Positions 13,290-27,160 of a stretch of DNA of 64,000 nucleotides are shown here, one piece after another. Location of the stretch: contig NC_081365.1 in assembly GCF_030684315.1 (NCBI RefSeq), positions 70,488,898-70,552,897 of the forward strand, in the 5' to 3' direction. Position numbers and translations under genes: made by a program. Below the pieces are notes generated by a model. It ran no database searches. It was given only the letters and a program-made list of their open reading frames with translations, and had not been told where the DNA came from. The DNA is from Stegostoma tigrinum. Taxonomy: Eukaryota. The first letter of the stretch is position 1. Every line of letters starts with the position of its first letter.

Positions 13290-13402
13290 GAGACAGAGAG
13301 AGAGAGAGAGAGAGAGGGGAAAAGAGAGAGAGAGAGAGAGCGAGCGAGCGAGGGGGAGAGGGGGAGAGAGCGCGAGAGGGCGAGAGAGGAGAGAGAGAGA
13401 GA
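13290..13402. repeat. (GA)n-rich compound microsatellite
   Basis: Directly visible; it generates the spurious ER/SL-repeat ORFs here. Confidence 0.95.
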
Positions 13403-13784
13403 AAGAAAATGTGGGGGAAGGGAAGAACATTGTGAAATGATTTGAGGCACAAAACAAGACAAGGGTCAGAGAAACATAGCAAGAGGTTGGAGAATGACAT
13501 TGAGAGGAGGAGAAAGATCTGGGCTGACTGTAATTAGGACCAGCCCAAAGCTAACTTGTCAGCATCTTCAGAAATGAGAGCAACTCTGAATTGCATTAAG
13601 TGGAAACTCAAAAGTGGAAACCCTTGAAACGAAACCACGGGCCACATAACTCAGCAGACAAAAGGCAAGTGGGAAACCAGTAAGACAAAGTAATTCAAAG
13701 CCTTTCAGTTCATCCAGAAAATAAGTTGAGAATAATAACGAGTAATCAAGAGGATTACAATAATAAAAGCAATTAAATAGAAAA

Positions 13785-14162
13785 ATGACTGAGGGATGAC
13801 CTTACAGAGGTTTATAGAATCATGAGGGACATGGATAGAGTGAATAGCCAAGGCCTTTTTCCCGCGGTGAGAGAGTCCAAAACGAGTGGGCACAGGTTTA
13901 AGGTGAGCGGGGAAAGATTTTAAAAAAGACCTGAGCAGTAACTTTTCCATGCAGTGGACAGTAGATATACGGAACAAGCTGGCAGGGAAGTAGTGAAGGC
14001 AGATACAATTACAACATTTAAATGGCACCTGGATGGGTATTTGAAGGGTTTCGAGGGATATGGGCCAAATGTTGGCAAATGGGATGAGGTCAGACTGGGA
14101 TATCTGATTGGCATGGACGAGTTGGACCGAAGGGTCTGTTTCTATGCTCCATGATCCTATGT
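13785..14162 (+). mobile_element. CR1/HER1-type LINE 3' fragment
   Basis: gactgagggatgaccttacagaggtttatag...ggaccgaagggtctgtttc; homologous to 1779-2228. Confidence 0.85.
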
Positions 14163-15602
14163 CCTTTCTTGGTTTGGGTTAATTGAGAACCAGGAGACAA
14201 CTTAATGTGTGTGTTTGGCTGCTCTGAAGTGAAATCTGGAAACACAATTTACTTTGTAGTCTCATTCTCCTAAGCCTGTGGTGTCGGGGCTGGTAGCAGC
14301 ACAGCTGGGGATGAAATTACAGGATTTTAAATTCCAGGAAAAACATTTTTCCACAGGCCACAGGGCAACACTTCACTTCTTCAATTAAAGCCCAAAATTC
14401 TCAGAGGTCAGAGCAGGCCATTAAAAATGAAAACATGAATACCTTAAATATAAAGGAGAATACTTTTAATATGAATGCTGTCATTCAACAAGTTATTCCT
14501 GTTCGATTTGATATTCCTCTTTTATGCAATTCTCCCTTTTCTCATGTTTCCCTCCTCTCATACACTCCTTAAAACTTAACTCTTTGATTCAACATTTTAG
14601 TCAGCCCTCCTAATATCTCCCACAGCTCAGCTTCAACTGTGAGTTAAACATGCCTAGGGAAGTTTTCCTATATTAAAAAGCACTAGGTAGAGGTGAGCAG
14701 TGGTTATGGGTGATTGGGGAAATGTTGGTATTGCAACAAAAACATGGTCTCATCAGGGCTGTTCTCGGACATGCGTGTGGGAGACAGCCAACTGCTTGCA
14801 CTCAGGAGTGGTCCCATTCAAGGCACTTGATTAAAACTGGAAAACTCCTCCCAGCTGAAAGGAGAAAGGCCACATTTCACTTTCAGTCTCTCTGCTTTTC
14901 AGTGGATCTGTCCTTCCTGTACTGATCTTGATCACTACGCTTCCTCTGAGGAAACTTGAAAAAATTGCACATTTTCCCCTCCAAAGCAAGAGGCCCGACC
15001 GTAGTAACCTTAGGAAAATTCCTTTCTCTTCATTCATAGGATGGGACTCCCCCAGACAGGGTCAGTATTTCTTGCCCATCTCTTGAGATGGCGGTGGTGA
15101 GTTTATCTGCTTGATGACTGTAGTGCTTTGGAAGGGGTGGGGTTGGAACACCCAAAGTGCTGTTAGAAAGTGTCTCCAATATTTGACCCAGTGACAGAGA
15201 GGGAATAGCGATCTAATTCAAGGTCAGGACGGTGACTGGCTTGGAGGGGGGTCTTGCAGACGGTGGTGTACATGTGACTGATGTCTTTCTGTGTTGTGCA
15301 GGTGGTGCTGAAAGAGCCTTGCAGTACTGCAGATGGTACGCAGTGCTGTCTGTGTGTGTCAGCGGGGAGGCAGGCTACTGTTTGGAAACATCACTCTTCC
15401 ACACACTTCACCACTTGGCTCCTACTCTTTCCTTGCTACACGCCATTCAGCCCATCGTGTCGGCACCAGCTCTCCAGTTCAGTGCATTGTTTCAAATGAG
15501 CATCTCATTCCCTTTCGCAGAGTCAAACCTGCCTCCACCCCAGTCTCAGACAGTGTATCTTCGGCCCAAGCGCTCACTGTGTGGCAAAAGGTTTTTTTTG
15601 TT

Positions 15603-15952
15603 ATTCATTCATGGGATGAGGACATCATTAACCAGGCCAGCATTCGCTGCCATTCCCGAATTGCCCAGAGGGCAGTTACGTGTCAACCACATTGCTGTGG
15701 GTCTGGAGTCACATGTCTGCCAGACCAGGTGAGGATGGCGGTTTCCATCCCTAAAGGACGAGACTGAACCAAATAGGTTTTTCTCTGATAACTGGTAATG
15801 GTTTTATGGCCATCATTAGATTCTTAATTCCAGATTTGTTTTTTTTTAATTATTGAATTCAAATTCCACCACTTGCTGCCAGATCGCCAGAACATTACTG
15901 GGGGCATCTGGATTAATAGGCTAGCAATAATACCACTAGGCCATCACATCCC
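15603..15952 (-). mobile_element. tRNA-head SINE family 2
   Basis: Reverse complement of the 10448-10790 element, head to tail. Confidence 0.85.
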
Positions 15953-18669
15953 TGCAAGCATCAAAACAAGTGCGGGCTGCTTCACAATCAGCTGGCCAAC
16001 AGCAGAACGCAGGATCTGACTTGGTACTGCATCAAGAACAGTGAGAAGCTGCTGCTTTTCTGATCTGGAGTCCAACTAAATGCACGTTCTCAGTCTTATG
16101 GTCTCAGATAAATAAAAAATACTCCATTCCTCTATTTTCCAAGAGCAGTGCTCCATTGTCTGCTCTCGAGCTGCAACCCATAATCTGATTGCTCACTCAT
16201 TTTCGGTGGGCTCCTGGTGTTCACCAATGTGGAGTGTCACATTCATTTGCGATTGTTAGCTTTGTAGCTAATTCAGTTGGGACTGACAGAATGCAAGGTG
16301 ACATTTACCTAAATGCGCCTTCTTCCTCCACTTTATGGTAGGGACCTGGAACTCTCAGCCTGAAAGGGGCAGAAACCCTCAATTCCTTTACAAGTGCTGA
16401 GAGAATGCACCTCAAGCGTGGGGCTATGGACAAAACAATGTGCCGTAGGATTACGATTTCAGAGACATAATGGCCTCTTTCTCTGCCATACATCTTCTGT
16501 GACTCGATAACAAATCATCAGTGGTGTATCTGGTGTAGCTCCTATTTTAGAACAGCGACACTACTTCCAATGAGAATGGAACACACTGACTGCCATGCAG
16601 TGTGTTTGTGTGTGTGTGTGCGGTGTCTCTCTGTGTGCGCTATAGAAATGCAAGTGCTTTCCTTTGACTCTTTTATTCCTTCACATCAACAAGAGCCCTC
16701 ATTCCACAGGACAAATGGCAGCCATCATTCTGGTCTGTGCTCCAAGCGTAGAGAATCGCACAACCGAGACAGTGTAGTGATGATGCCAAGTTTAGCGCTG
16801 CCCATCAGGCCAGCCTATGAATGGCCAGCTCCCTCTGCTGCTGGAATAAGAGACAGGGGCTTCTAATGCCACTGTCAGCATTGCAGTGGGCACAGAGCAC
16901 TAGGGTAGCCCCAGAACAAAGGCACCAGACACAAGAGTGCTCCCCTCAGAAAAACCAAGCCCCTGCTGCCAGTCACCCAAGCATCACTTCGACCATGGCT
17001 GCCCTACTTTGCAAACTGTGTGCGTAGGGTTGTGAAAGGCTGGAGCACTTCCTGATTCTGCAGGACATACCTGGGGCTGATGTCGCAACCGAAGGGGAAC
17101 AGTTCACTCCAACAGCCATTTTGCCAAACCAGAAGAAGAGCTCCACTCTAACCCTATCAACAGGGACCTTGGGCAGTCTCAGCTTGCCCTGTTGCTGAAC
17201 GAATCTGCTGTTCAAGTCCCACCTGCTCCACAGCTTTGTCAATGAGATGTCTGAACAAGGTGTCTGGAATTTTTCTGCTTACGTTCGAAATACAAAGACA
17301 CAGATCATGTCTCTGGATTTTCCAGGGGTCTTTTATCCCCCTTCAAGTTCCACTCTTCCTTCACTCAGCCCTAAAAGCCCACGTCTCAGACGTCTAGCTT
17401 AAGAGATTATAGGCCTGATTTTCTCCAATCCATCTTCGCTATCAGCACTTTAACAGCACAGGTCTCTGAGAGGAGGAGGGTTCTGCGCGGAATGCTTAAG
17501 CTTCTCAACAGGAATACATTCTGCATGCCACTCATTTCTGCAGGCCATAAACAACAGCCCACAAAGCTGACTTTCAACTGATGTGGTAGTGTGAGGTTAG
17601 CACACATCGAAGGAGGCGGCGATCATCAGGAATTTAAAAGCTTTGAACTACTGCATATTCTACGTTCAAACAGCGGCTCACGGGGTGGAAGGCAGGAGCC
17701 GGAAGGGGCGATCAAATCGGAGCTAAAGAATCCAGGGAGGTGATGGCGGCTGGTGGAAAAGGCTAAAGGAAGAATTGAAAGTTAGACTTCCACTTCCATC
17801 AGTCCTCAGGGCCACACCAGTCTGTGTACTCTGACAGGTCATACAGCTCAACAGCAGCCTACTGCCATCACAACATTTGGTCCAATGTTGCTTTTGAAGT
17901 TTTGAATTAAAAGTAAAAGCCATTTGGCGGGGGAGGAGTTAGAAGACCTCCCAGCACGATGTTGGATTGGAGCAGGGCTGCTCCCCCCAGGGTCTTGGTC
18001 ACTATTCACCCCTGAACCCCGCATCATCCTAGTTCATCGTCAGGTCATGACCTCACTGCAGCCTGTGTGACTCCATTCCATTGGTTATGGGATGGTCCTG
18101 AACATTGAAGATGTGCTATGAATGGCTCTTTGTTCATACAAACGCATCACTTCTTTCCAATAGATCCCAAAGTAGTACTGACACCTCACTGCATCTTCTA
18201 AACTTCAGGTATTTAAGCCCCTCTGGACTCCACCCTATCACAGATAACCTTCCACTTTCCTGTCCTCTTCCCACATGCTCAAAACTCTTACCTTTCTATT
18301 TTTCCTCGGTTCTGACCCAAAATGTCAATTCTGTTTCTCTCCAATGAATGTTGCCTGACCTGCTAAGTTTATTCGTTCCCCCCCACCCCAGCTTTATTGG
18401 TTCCAGCACCTGCAGCGTTTCTGTTAGTGCGTCTTCAAGCCCACCTTGATACGCTTTTGCCCGATATTGACCATTGAATCTGCCGGGCGGAAGAGGCAGC
18501 CAGCTTATACCAAGCACAATCCGCCAAAAGAGCACCATTGCGAAGGGTGAATGAACCAGGGTACACAGAGGGACAGGCGTCAGTCACAAATCTCACCTGG
18601 AAATGTCAACCCGAAGGAGGAAGAGGGAAATTTGGTTTAACCCAGAAGGCAACAGCTTCAACAATGTCT

Positions 18670-18992
18670 GGGGGTGGCACAGCGGCTCAGTGTTTAGCAC
18701 TGCCGCCTCACAGCACCAGGGACCTGGGTTCGATTCCACCCTCGGGCGACGGTCTGTGTGGAGTTTGCACATTCTCCCCGTGTCTGCGTGGATTTCCTCC
18801 GGATGCTCCGGTTTCCCGCCACAGTCAAAAGATGTGCAGGCTAGGTGGATTGGCCATGTTAGACTACCCACTGTGCTCAGGGATGTGAAGATTAGGTGGG
18901 TTATAGGGGGATGGGTCTGGGTGAGATGCTCTGAGGGTCGGTGTGAGCTTGTTGGGCCGAAGAGCCTGTTTCAACACTGTAGGGATTCTATG
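18670..18992 (+). mobile_element. HE1-type V-SINE, full length
   Basis: ggtggcacagcggctcagtg...ggttcgattcc...tgtgtggagtttgcacattctccccgtg...gggccgaagagcctgtttc...gggattctatg. Confidence 0.92.
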
Positions 18993-19057
18993 GTTTGGTC
19001 TCAGCCAGGAATACATCGTATCTTGAACCCTCAGATGACTGTAATGACACAAACTGA

Positions 19058-20097
19058 ACAACCTCGATAGTTCGAACACTCAATAACAGGAGATGAAATC
19101 CTTGAGGCGCCCTGCGATCATCAGGGGGTCAGGTCACATTAGAAACCATCAGGGGTCACTGAACAATCATACTGAAGTCAGTTAAATCCATGGGAACTGT
19201 TCCAGAATAGCAGTTGTCTGGTTTCATAAAAATGAAAAACAGAACATGGAACGTGAGGCGCGATATACCCTCCTCACGGCTAAACTTTGACAAAACTAAA
19301 AGCCCCTTTTTCTTTGGAAGAAGCCTTACTCTATCCCTTTCCACACTTCTCTTGAATGGCTGATGAGGTTATCACAGGGAGCTGCCTTCAATTCACATGG
19401 AGCCCCCGCAGGTCCGTATTCAGTGACACACCCCATTGGATGAATACTTTGGTTTGGGGTTGGAAGAGTGGAAAATGGAGGACAAAAACAGGAGGGAAGA
19501 TTTCCTGCACACTGAGGGTAATCATCTTTGCTATTCGCTCATGGCCAGCAATTGTTGCCTGTCCCTAGCTCCCCTTGAACTGAATGGCTCAGGAGGCCAT
19601 TTCAGAGGCCAGTTGACAGCCAACCATATTGCTGTGGGTCTGGAGTCATGTGCAGGAGGGGGTGGGGGTGACAGATTTCCTTCCCTGAAGGATATTAGCG
19701 AGCCAGGTGGGTTTTTCCAACAAACAGCAATGATTTACGGTCTTCAGTAGATCCTTAATTCCAGTTTTTTTAAAAGTGAACTCAAATTCCACTACCTGAC
19801 ATGACTGGTTTTGAACCCAAGTCTCTCGAATGTTAATCGAGTTTTTGGATTTATTGTCTAGTGATAATACCACTAGGCCATCACCTTCCCTATGTTTCAG
19901 CTTCTAAAAGATCTGTCTTTCATCTTTTTGTTTAAATATGTCATGTTATTCTATAACAGTTCCCATGGATTTAACTGAATTTATTATCACTGAAAACCAT
20001 CAGGGATCAGCAAACAATGTGACTGACCTCCATATAATCAGATAGCACTGCAAGGATTTCATGTCATGTTCTTGTATGTTCGCTCACTTGAGCTTGT
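19058..20097. repeat. Imperfect ~185-bp inverted repeat (arms 19058-19243 and 19912-20097)
   Basis: 24-nt perfect core tcagttaaatccatgggaactgtt (19178-19201) is the reverse complement of 19955-19978; flanking blocks (atgaaatccttg, gtcacatt) also pair. Confidence 0.85.
19541..19890 (-). mobile_element. tRNA-head SINE family 2
   Basis: gataataccactaggccatcacc head and gctgtgggtctggagtca core in reverse orientation. Confidence 0.8.
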
Positions 20098-21375
20098 ATT
20101 CCATAATGCCACCATTGCAAATATTCTCTATAGCTCCATCCAATACACTAGCCCAAAACTCTATCTTTCTCTAGTTTCTCTCCCATCTTCCCTTCATCTC
20201 ATTGGAACATAAGGCCAGCAGCAAGCCATTCAGCCTTTAAAATCTGCCCTGCTATTCAATACTATCACAGCTGATCAAACACTTCAGTGGTTTTTACTGA
20301 CTGCAACTCCTTCAAACTCTGAGCTGATCTTAACCATGAGACCCACCTCCTGCTCCATTGACCGCATTCCAATCTGCTGACCGCACAGCTCCTCGTCCTG
20401 ATCCCTTTATCAGTCAATACTGTTAGCTCGAGGGGTTGCCTCTCTCTATAAAATCTGTCATCACTCCTCTCCTCAAAAAATATAACAGAGCTCAGCACGC
20501 TTACAAAACTACTGTCTCATCTTCAACATCTCCTAGCCATTTCAACAATAAATATTTCGTCAATAAATAAATCATTCTGCTATTACTCAGGTACCTACTC
20601 AATACCCAGCAAAAGATACCACAATGGTCAATCTTCTCCAGCGAGCGCACACTTTGGCAATACTGAAAGTAAGGATAGTTAAGTGAGTGACAATGATGCT
20701 GGACTAGGAACTTAACAACTGCCAATTTAACGCAGACAGAGGGGCAAATCTGGAAGCAGCTTTCTGTTCTTCAGTCATACCTTGGCCGAGTTCTACCTCA
20801 ACCCCATATCCTATCGCATATATTCTTACTCCGCACAAAACCATCCACCTCAGTTTTCCGCAAGTTAATCGGCTCAGCACATTTCTCAAAGAGAATTACA
20901 GATTTCCACACGTCTGACACTGAGCCTGAGGAGACATGAGGGACAGGTGACAAGAACCTGGGTCAAAGTCGTGGGATTTTTAGCAGCAGCTTAAGAGGAG
21001 GGCTGAGAGGGAGAGAGGACAGACTTAGGGAGGCAAATCAGGGAGCGGTGAAGGGGGTGGGTTAGTGAGAAAGTTTTAAAAAAAAAGAGGGGGGGAGAAA
21101 AAAACATCAAACACAGCCTAGAGGACAAGAAGATAACATCAATAATGGGAAGCTGTGACGATGGATTCAATCCTGAAACAACAGCCAACTTATGCAAATT
21201 ACATAGGCAGGACAAATGTGGCTTGGTAACATTTAGAGGATAGGGGGTGGTCAATACAGAGGCTACCATTTGATTCCAAATGGCCCTTTCCTGTCCACTG
21301 AGTAACAAGTGCAAGAGGGAGCCACCAACCTACAGACTCTCACTGCCTCCTCAAAGAGGTAGCTGCGATATACAA

Positions 21376-21522
21376 GATAATAAAATGTGAGGCTGGATGA
21401 ACACAGCAGGCCAAGCAGCATCTTTTGTGCTCCTGAGATGCTGCTTGGCCTGCTGTGTTCATCCAGCCTCACATTTTATTATCTTGGAATTCTCCAGCAT
21501 CTGCAGTTCCCATTATCTCTTA
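21376..21522 (+). mobile_element. Fold-back PLE mini element, family A, lacking the HHR core
   Basis: Near-perfect inverted arms; 16-bp TSD tagctgcgatatacaa at 21360-21375 and 21523-21538. Confidence 0.9.
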
Positions 21523-23688
21523 TAGCTGCGATATACAAAGCAAGTTTGTGAAACCCTGCACTGGCCACGTCATTGCCTCAGGGAGCTGCATCGGCCCCGT
21601 CTCGATTCGCTCTGGAGTTGCTTCATCCACATTCACCCTTCCCACTCTCCAACACAGTGTGTTTCTCAACCACTAGGACGTGCCCCACTGGTGCGGCACA
21701 AACACTGTCGAGGTGCAACACCAAGAGCTGACACGCTTGCCAATGGAATGCAATCACAGGCTTCTCACAATTCACTTCCTCACTACAATTCAGCAATACT
21801 ACTTAGTCTCAGCAGAAAGCACTGCAATTTTTACTGTCCCTGAAATTTCCAAGAATGTTCAACAATAAAATGCAGGTTAAAAAATAACGCACCTCAGAAA
21901 AAGTTGGGGCCTGGTTTTTGTCAATGTGGGATTTCAAGGTTGAGAGCCACTGCTGTAATAGAGCTCCAACACAGTGCAGCGATTCAACATTAAAATTAGA
22001 ATTCTGTGTATATGGATATTGCTCCAGGCAATACCAGTATAGCTGGCATTCCTTTACTCATGCTACACAACAATCACGTGTACAGACTTGAAGACGGCAT
22101 TACAATTGTTTTCAGCTGCAAAACTGCCAAATAGCTTTAAAAGTCCAGGCAACACATTCAGAAAAACACCTTCAAATGGTGGATCTTGACCAATTAGCTA
22201 TCTCTGCTTGTTGGTAAGATGGCTGCTGTTCGGGTCCTTTGTCCAATGATCAACAGATTATCATGCCCATGGGTAAGAACCCTGAAATACAACAGACACT
22301 TCGAATCTGTAATTCTAAAGGTTTTTCTTTTTTAAATTGCGGCTGTATATGTAAAATAAGTGGGTGTCTGGACACCCAAGGGATTTCCTAACTACAGATG
22401 CAAAGGGAACTTCAAGCAACAGCCAGCTAAAAAGAAAAGGGGGGTGGAGAAGGGAGGGATGGAGGGAGAGAGGGAGGGGGAGAGACACACAAGTCAAAAT
22501 GGACTGTGATCTCTCATGACTACAAAGATAATGAAGGGTTGATGACCTCTTGAGGTTTATGTTGCAAACATTTTTTTTGGTTTTTCCCTTTGTAGAATAC
22601 GCAAGAGCCAGAATTAAAATGCCAGCTTCAAGTCTACTGAGTATGCCAGTGAGACTGAGCATGTATACCAGTGGTTTAAGTTACCCATGTGTAGCAAAAA
22701 GAAAGGAATGCAAACTATGCTGGTATTGCCTTTGGTGATATCCAAAGAATGAGCACTGTTGTGCACTGTTGGAACGAGCCTGGATTCAAACATTAGGATG
22801 CTGGGATGGTCACGGTCAAAGAACTATCCACTAGTTACCCCAGTGTTGCAAGCAAAGAGACTCCCTCACTGACTGCAAGAAGTTACCCAGTTAGGTATCA
22901 CCTTGGATGCTGGAATTCAGGTACTGGGAAAAGGAAACAGAACCACAGAATTTCAAACAAGCTGAAAACTAAAAAAAACTCGAAATTGATTGCTGACCCA
23001 AGAGCAGCCCTACTGCTAAAGTCACAATGTTCAACCATCCACTCTGTAGACGTTTCACAAACTGACCTGCACAGTTTTCAATTTCTCTTCCATCTCTTTT
23101 TGGACTCACCTCTTAGCGTTGCTGGTTCTTCTTGTGTTCCTTAATTAATAAACTCGTACTTTGGGGACTCAAGGAAATCTGGTTAAATTTGCTCTGATTA
23201 TGTTTACCTGGGTCTCGCAGAAAAGTAAGGGACCAAAACAAGGGAAGGGATCTGTTTCTAAGCTAACATGTTGCAGTGAATGAAGTAGGGGAGTCACCCA
23301 TCTTGGGAGTTTAATGATTCAGTGTATCTCTCCGAGAACCGGGACAACGTGGGAAACCTGGCCAAGGGTCTGTGTGTAACAGCATTCCAGCAGAGACGCT
23401 GCCTGAATCCCATCATGGGTGCTGTGTCATCAATGCATTTTAGAAGTAACCCTGCACACATTATGTAATGCTGCACATAAATCTCTCGTTCAGATCCCAG
23501 GGAGAAATCTCATGCTTATATGGGTTTCAAGTAGGGAGACTTAAAGTACACTGGTTTCATGTTTCATTTCTGGGACTCTCACAGCTGCTGTTTCAAAATC
23601 CATGCACTAATTTTTGACTCATGGTCTAACCTCCAGACTCAGCTGTTCCAAAACTGCCAGTACCTTCCATCTTCCTTAAAGGACAAGG

Positions 23689-25213
23689 TCAAAAATCACA
23701 CAACACCATGTTATTGTCCACAGGTTTTTGAGGACACAAACTTTTGGAGTCTCGCTCCTTCTACAGGTGCCAGAGAGAGAGGTGGGATTGGACGCAGCAT
23801 TTATAAGCAAAAGATCAAAGGTCATAGAACTGATGCAGTGATGAACAAACCGAAGATAGAACATAGAACATAGAACAGTACAGGCCCTTCAGCCCATGAT
23901 GTTGTGCCGACCATTGATCCTCATGTATGCACTCTCAAATTTCTGTGACCACATGCAGGTCCAGCAGTCTCTTAAATGTCCCCAATGACCTTGCTTCCAC
24001 AACTGCTGCTGGCAACGCATTCCATGCTCTCACAACTCTCTGTGTAAAGGACCCGCCTCTGACATCCCCTCTATACTTTCCTCCAACCAGCTTAAAACTA
24101 TGACCCCTCGTGCTAGCCATTTCTGCCCTGGGAAATAGTCTCTGGCTATCAACTCTATCTATGCCTCTCATTATCTTGTATACCTCAATTAGGTCCCCCC
24201 TCCTCCTCCTTTTCTCCAATAAAAAAAGTCTGAGCTCAGTCAACCTCTCTTCATAAGATAAGCCCTCCAGTCCAGGCAGCATCCTGGTAAACCTCCTCTG
24301 AACCCTCTCCAAAGCATCCACATCTTTCCTATAATAAGGCGACCAGAACTGGACGCAGTATTCCAAGTGCGGTCTAACCAAAGTTTTATAGAGCTGCAAC
24401 AAGATCTCACGACTCAAACTCAATCCCCCTGTCAACGAAAGCCAAAACACCATATGCTTTCTTAACAACCCTGTCCACTTGGGTGGCCATTTTAAGGGAT
24501 CTATGTATCTGCACACCAAGATCCCTCTGTTCCCCCACGCTGCCAAGAATCCTATCCTTGATCCCGTACTCAGCTTTCAAATTCGACCTTCCAAAATGCA
24601 TCACCTCGCATTTATCCAGGTTGAACTCCATCTGCCACCTCTCAGCCCATCTCAGATGGCTGTTAAATCTTCAATCAGTCAGAAATGATTAAAATGTGAA
24701 TTCCAGAATTTCTGTCATGTCACTGCCAAGAAATAACAAAAAGGTTTTATCAGTTCCCTCAGCATATCAGAGGTGACATCCCAGGTCACACAATGCATTC
24801 TGGGTGTGCGGCCTTGTTTAAAATCTGACTGTGTATCAACGTGGAGTCAGGCTGGTTTTATTTCCAAGGTAGGAATTTTAAAAATGCCAGTGTTCTTTTT
24901 GAACAAAACAGAATATATCCGCAATTAAAAATCTGCAAATGCAAACTAACCCCATAGATTTGTGTGCGTGCGTGCAGTCAGAGAGCAGCGGCGGTGGGTG
25001 GGTGGGTGGAGTGTGACTGTGTGAGAGCGTGCACGTGTGTGTGTGTGTCTGACAGAAACAGAGTGCTGTGCCAATATACCATATCTCGGGGCATCCTTGT
25101 CTGCAGCGTACGAGATAGACAGCATCGGCCAAGGTCACATGAGTTTCTGCCATGTACGTGGTGGGTGGTGTTCCGATGCGTGAGGTAGTGTCCATTTAGA
25201 AGACCTGACACGT
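23689..25213 (-). mobile_element. Penelope-like element family C remnant, interrupted by a CR1
   Basis: GIY-YIG-like segment HHVHGRNSCDL/AVYLVRCRQGCPEIWYIG near 25070-25195; decayed HHR at 23735-23770 (cac-ctgtaga-aggagcgagactcc-aaaa-gtt-tgtg); TSD-like cttaaaggacaagg / cttaaaggataagg at 23675-23688 and 25214-25227. Confidence 0.7.
23856..24652 (-). mobile_element. Young 5'-truncated CR1 LINE
   Basis: ORFs 24407-24631 and 23935-24546 give WQMEFNLDKCEVMHFG...LYKTLVRPHLEYCVQFWSP...WNALP; (ttctatg)3 tail. Confidence 0.95.
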
Positions 25214-25282
25214 CTTAAAGGATAAGGCTGAAGTATTTCTAACAATCTTTAACCAGAAGTGGATGATCCATCTCAGCTTTGG

Positions 25283-25627
25283 GGGAGGCAATGGCCTAGT
25301 GGTATTATCACTGGGCTGTTAATCCAGAGGCCCAGATAATGTTCTGGGGACACAGGTTCGAATCCTGCCAGGGCAAACGGTGGAATTTTAATGCAGTAAA
25401 AAATAATCTGGAATTAGGAATCTAACGATGACCACGAATCCATTGTCGAATGTTGGGGTAAAAACCCATCTGGTTCATTAATGTCCTTTAGGAAAGGAAA
25501 CTGCCATCCTTACCTGGTCTGGCCTACATGTGACTCCAGACCCACAGCAACGCGACTCTGAAATGCCCCATGGCATAAATGCTGCACAGCCAGCGATGAC
25601 CTCATCCCATGAATGAACAAAGAATGA
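25283..25627 (+). mobile_element. tRNA-head SINE family 2 nested in the LINE
   Basis: Full head-to-tail copy; LINE sequence resumes on both sides. Confidence 0.88.
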
Positions 25628-26837
25628 AAGCCTCTTCCAGTAGACCCCAGCATCACAGATGCCAGTATTCAGCCCATTCAATTCACTCCACATGATATCA
25701 AGGAAATGCTTCAGGCACTGGATGTCGAAAGGACTTTGGGCTCTGACAAGATTCCGGTGATAGTACTGAGGACTTGAGCTGCAGAATATGCCATTTCCCC
25801 AGCCGAGCTCATCCAGCAGAGCTACCACACTGACATCTACCCGATATATTGGAAAATTGCCTGAGTATGTCCTGTCCACAAAAAGCAGGACAAATCCAAC
25901 CCATTCCATCCATCTACTCTTGATATCCAGTAAAGTGATGGAAGGTGTCAGTAACAGTGCTATCAAGCAGCACTTGCTCAGTGACGGCTAGTTTGGGTTC
26001 CGCCAGGGCCGCTCAGCTCCTGACCTCATTACAGCCTTGGTTCAAACATGGACAGAAGAGCTGAATTCCAGGTGAGGTGAGTGTGACAGCCCTTGACATC
26101 AAGGCCATACTCAACCGAATGTGGCCTGAAGAAGCCCTAACAAAACTGGAATCAATGGGTATCAGGGGACAAACTCTCGCTGGTTGGAGTCATACCTGAC
26201 ACATAGAAAAATGAAGTTGTTAGAGGTCTGTCACCTTAGCTCCAGGACATCTCTGCAGGAGTTCCTCAGGGTAGTGTCCTTGGCTCAACCATCTTCAGCT
26301 GCTGCATCAAGGACCACCATTAGGTCAGAAATGGGAATGTTTACCAACGATTGCACAATGTTAGGCACCATTCATGATCCCTTAGACTCTGAAGCGATCA
26401 ATGTTCAAATGCAACAAGATCTGGACAATACCCAGTTGTGCGGAGACAAGTAACATTTGTGTTATGCAAGTGCTGGACAATGACCATTGCCAACATGAGG
26501 GAATCTAACCTCCCCTTGACATTTAGTAGCATGACCATTGCTCAAACCCTGCTTATAAATATCCTGAGTGGGTTAACCATTGACCAGAAACTAAACTGTA
26601 CAAATCATACATATAACTGTGACTACAAGAGCAGGTCAGAAACTAGGAATCTTGATGTGAGTAACAGACTTTGTCAGTCTCCAAAGTCTAGCCACTATCT
26701 ACAATTCGCAAGTCAGGCTTGTGCTAAAAACTCCCCACTAGCCTGGAAGGGTGCAGCTCTAACAACACTCAAGAAGCTTGGCACACTCCAGGACAAAGCA
26801 GCCCCAATTGACTGGCACCACTTCCACCTTCAACCTA

Positions 26838-27160
26838 GGGGCGGCACGGTGGCTCAGTGGTTAGCACTGCAGCCTCACAGCGCCAGGGGCTGGAATCGAA
26901 CCCGGTCTCGGGCGACTGTCTGTGTGGAGTTTGCACATTCTCCTTGTGTCTGCGGGCGTTTCCCCCGGGTGCTCTGGTTTCCTCCCACAGTCCAAAGATG
27001 TGCAGGCTGGGTGGATTGGCCATGCTAAATTGCCCGTAGAGTTCAGGGGGGTGTGGGTTATAGGGGGACTGGGTCTGGGTGGGATGCTTCAAGGGGCAGT
27101 GTAGGCTTGTTGGGCCGAAGGGCCTGTTTCCATACTGTAAGGGAATCTACTCTAATCTAA
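26838..27160 (+). mobile_element. HE1-type V-SINE nested in the LINE
   Basis: ggcggcacggtggctcagtggttagcactg head, V-domain, (tctaa)n tail. Confidence 0.92.

Noticed and set aside
13052-13500. Several long ORFs rich in ER or SL repeats
   Set aside because: Translation artefacts of the (GA)n microsatellite.
17070-17250. Possible minus-strand exon (ttcag|...CAG|gtatgt) overlapping ORF 16973-17242
   Set aside because: Its 5' part overlaps a short SINE copy and the peptide is unrecognisable.
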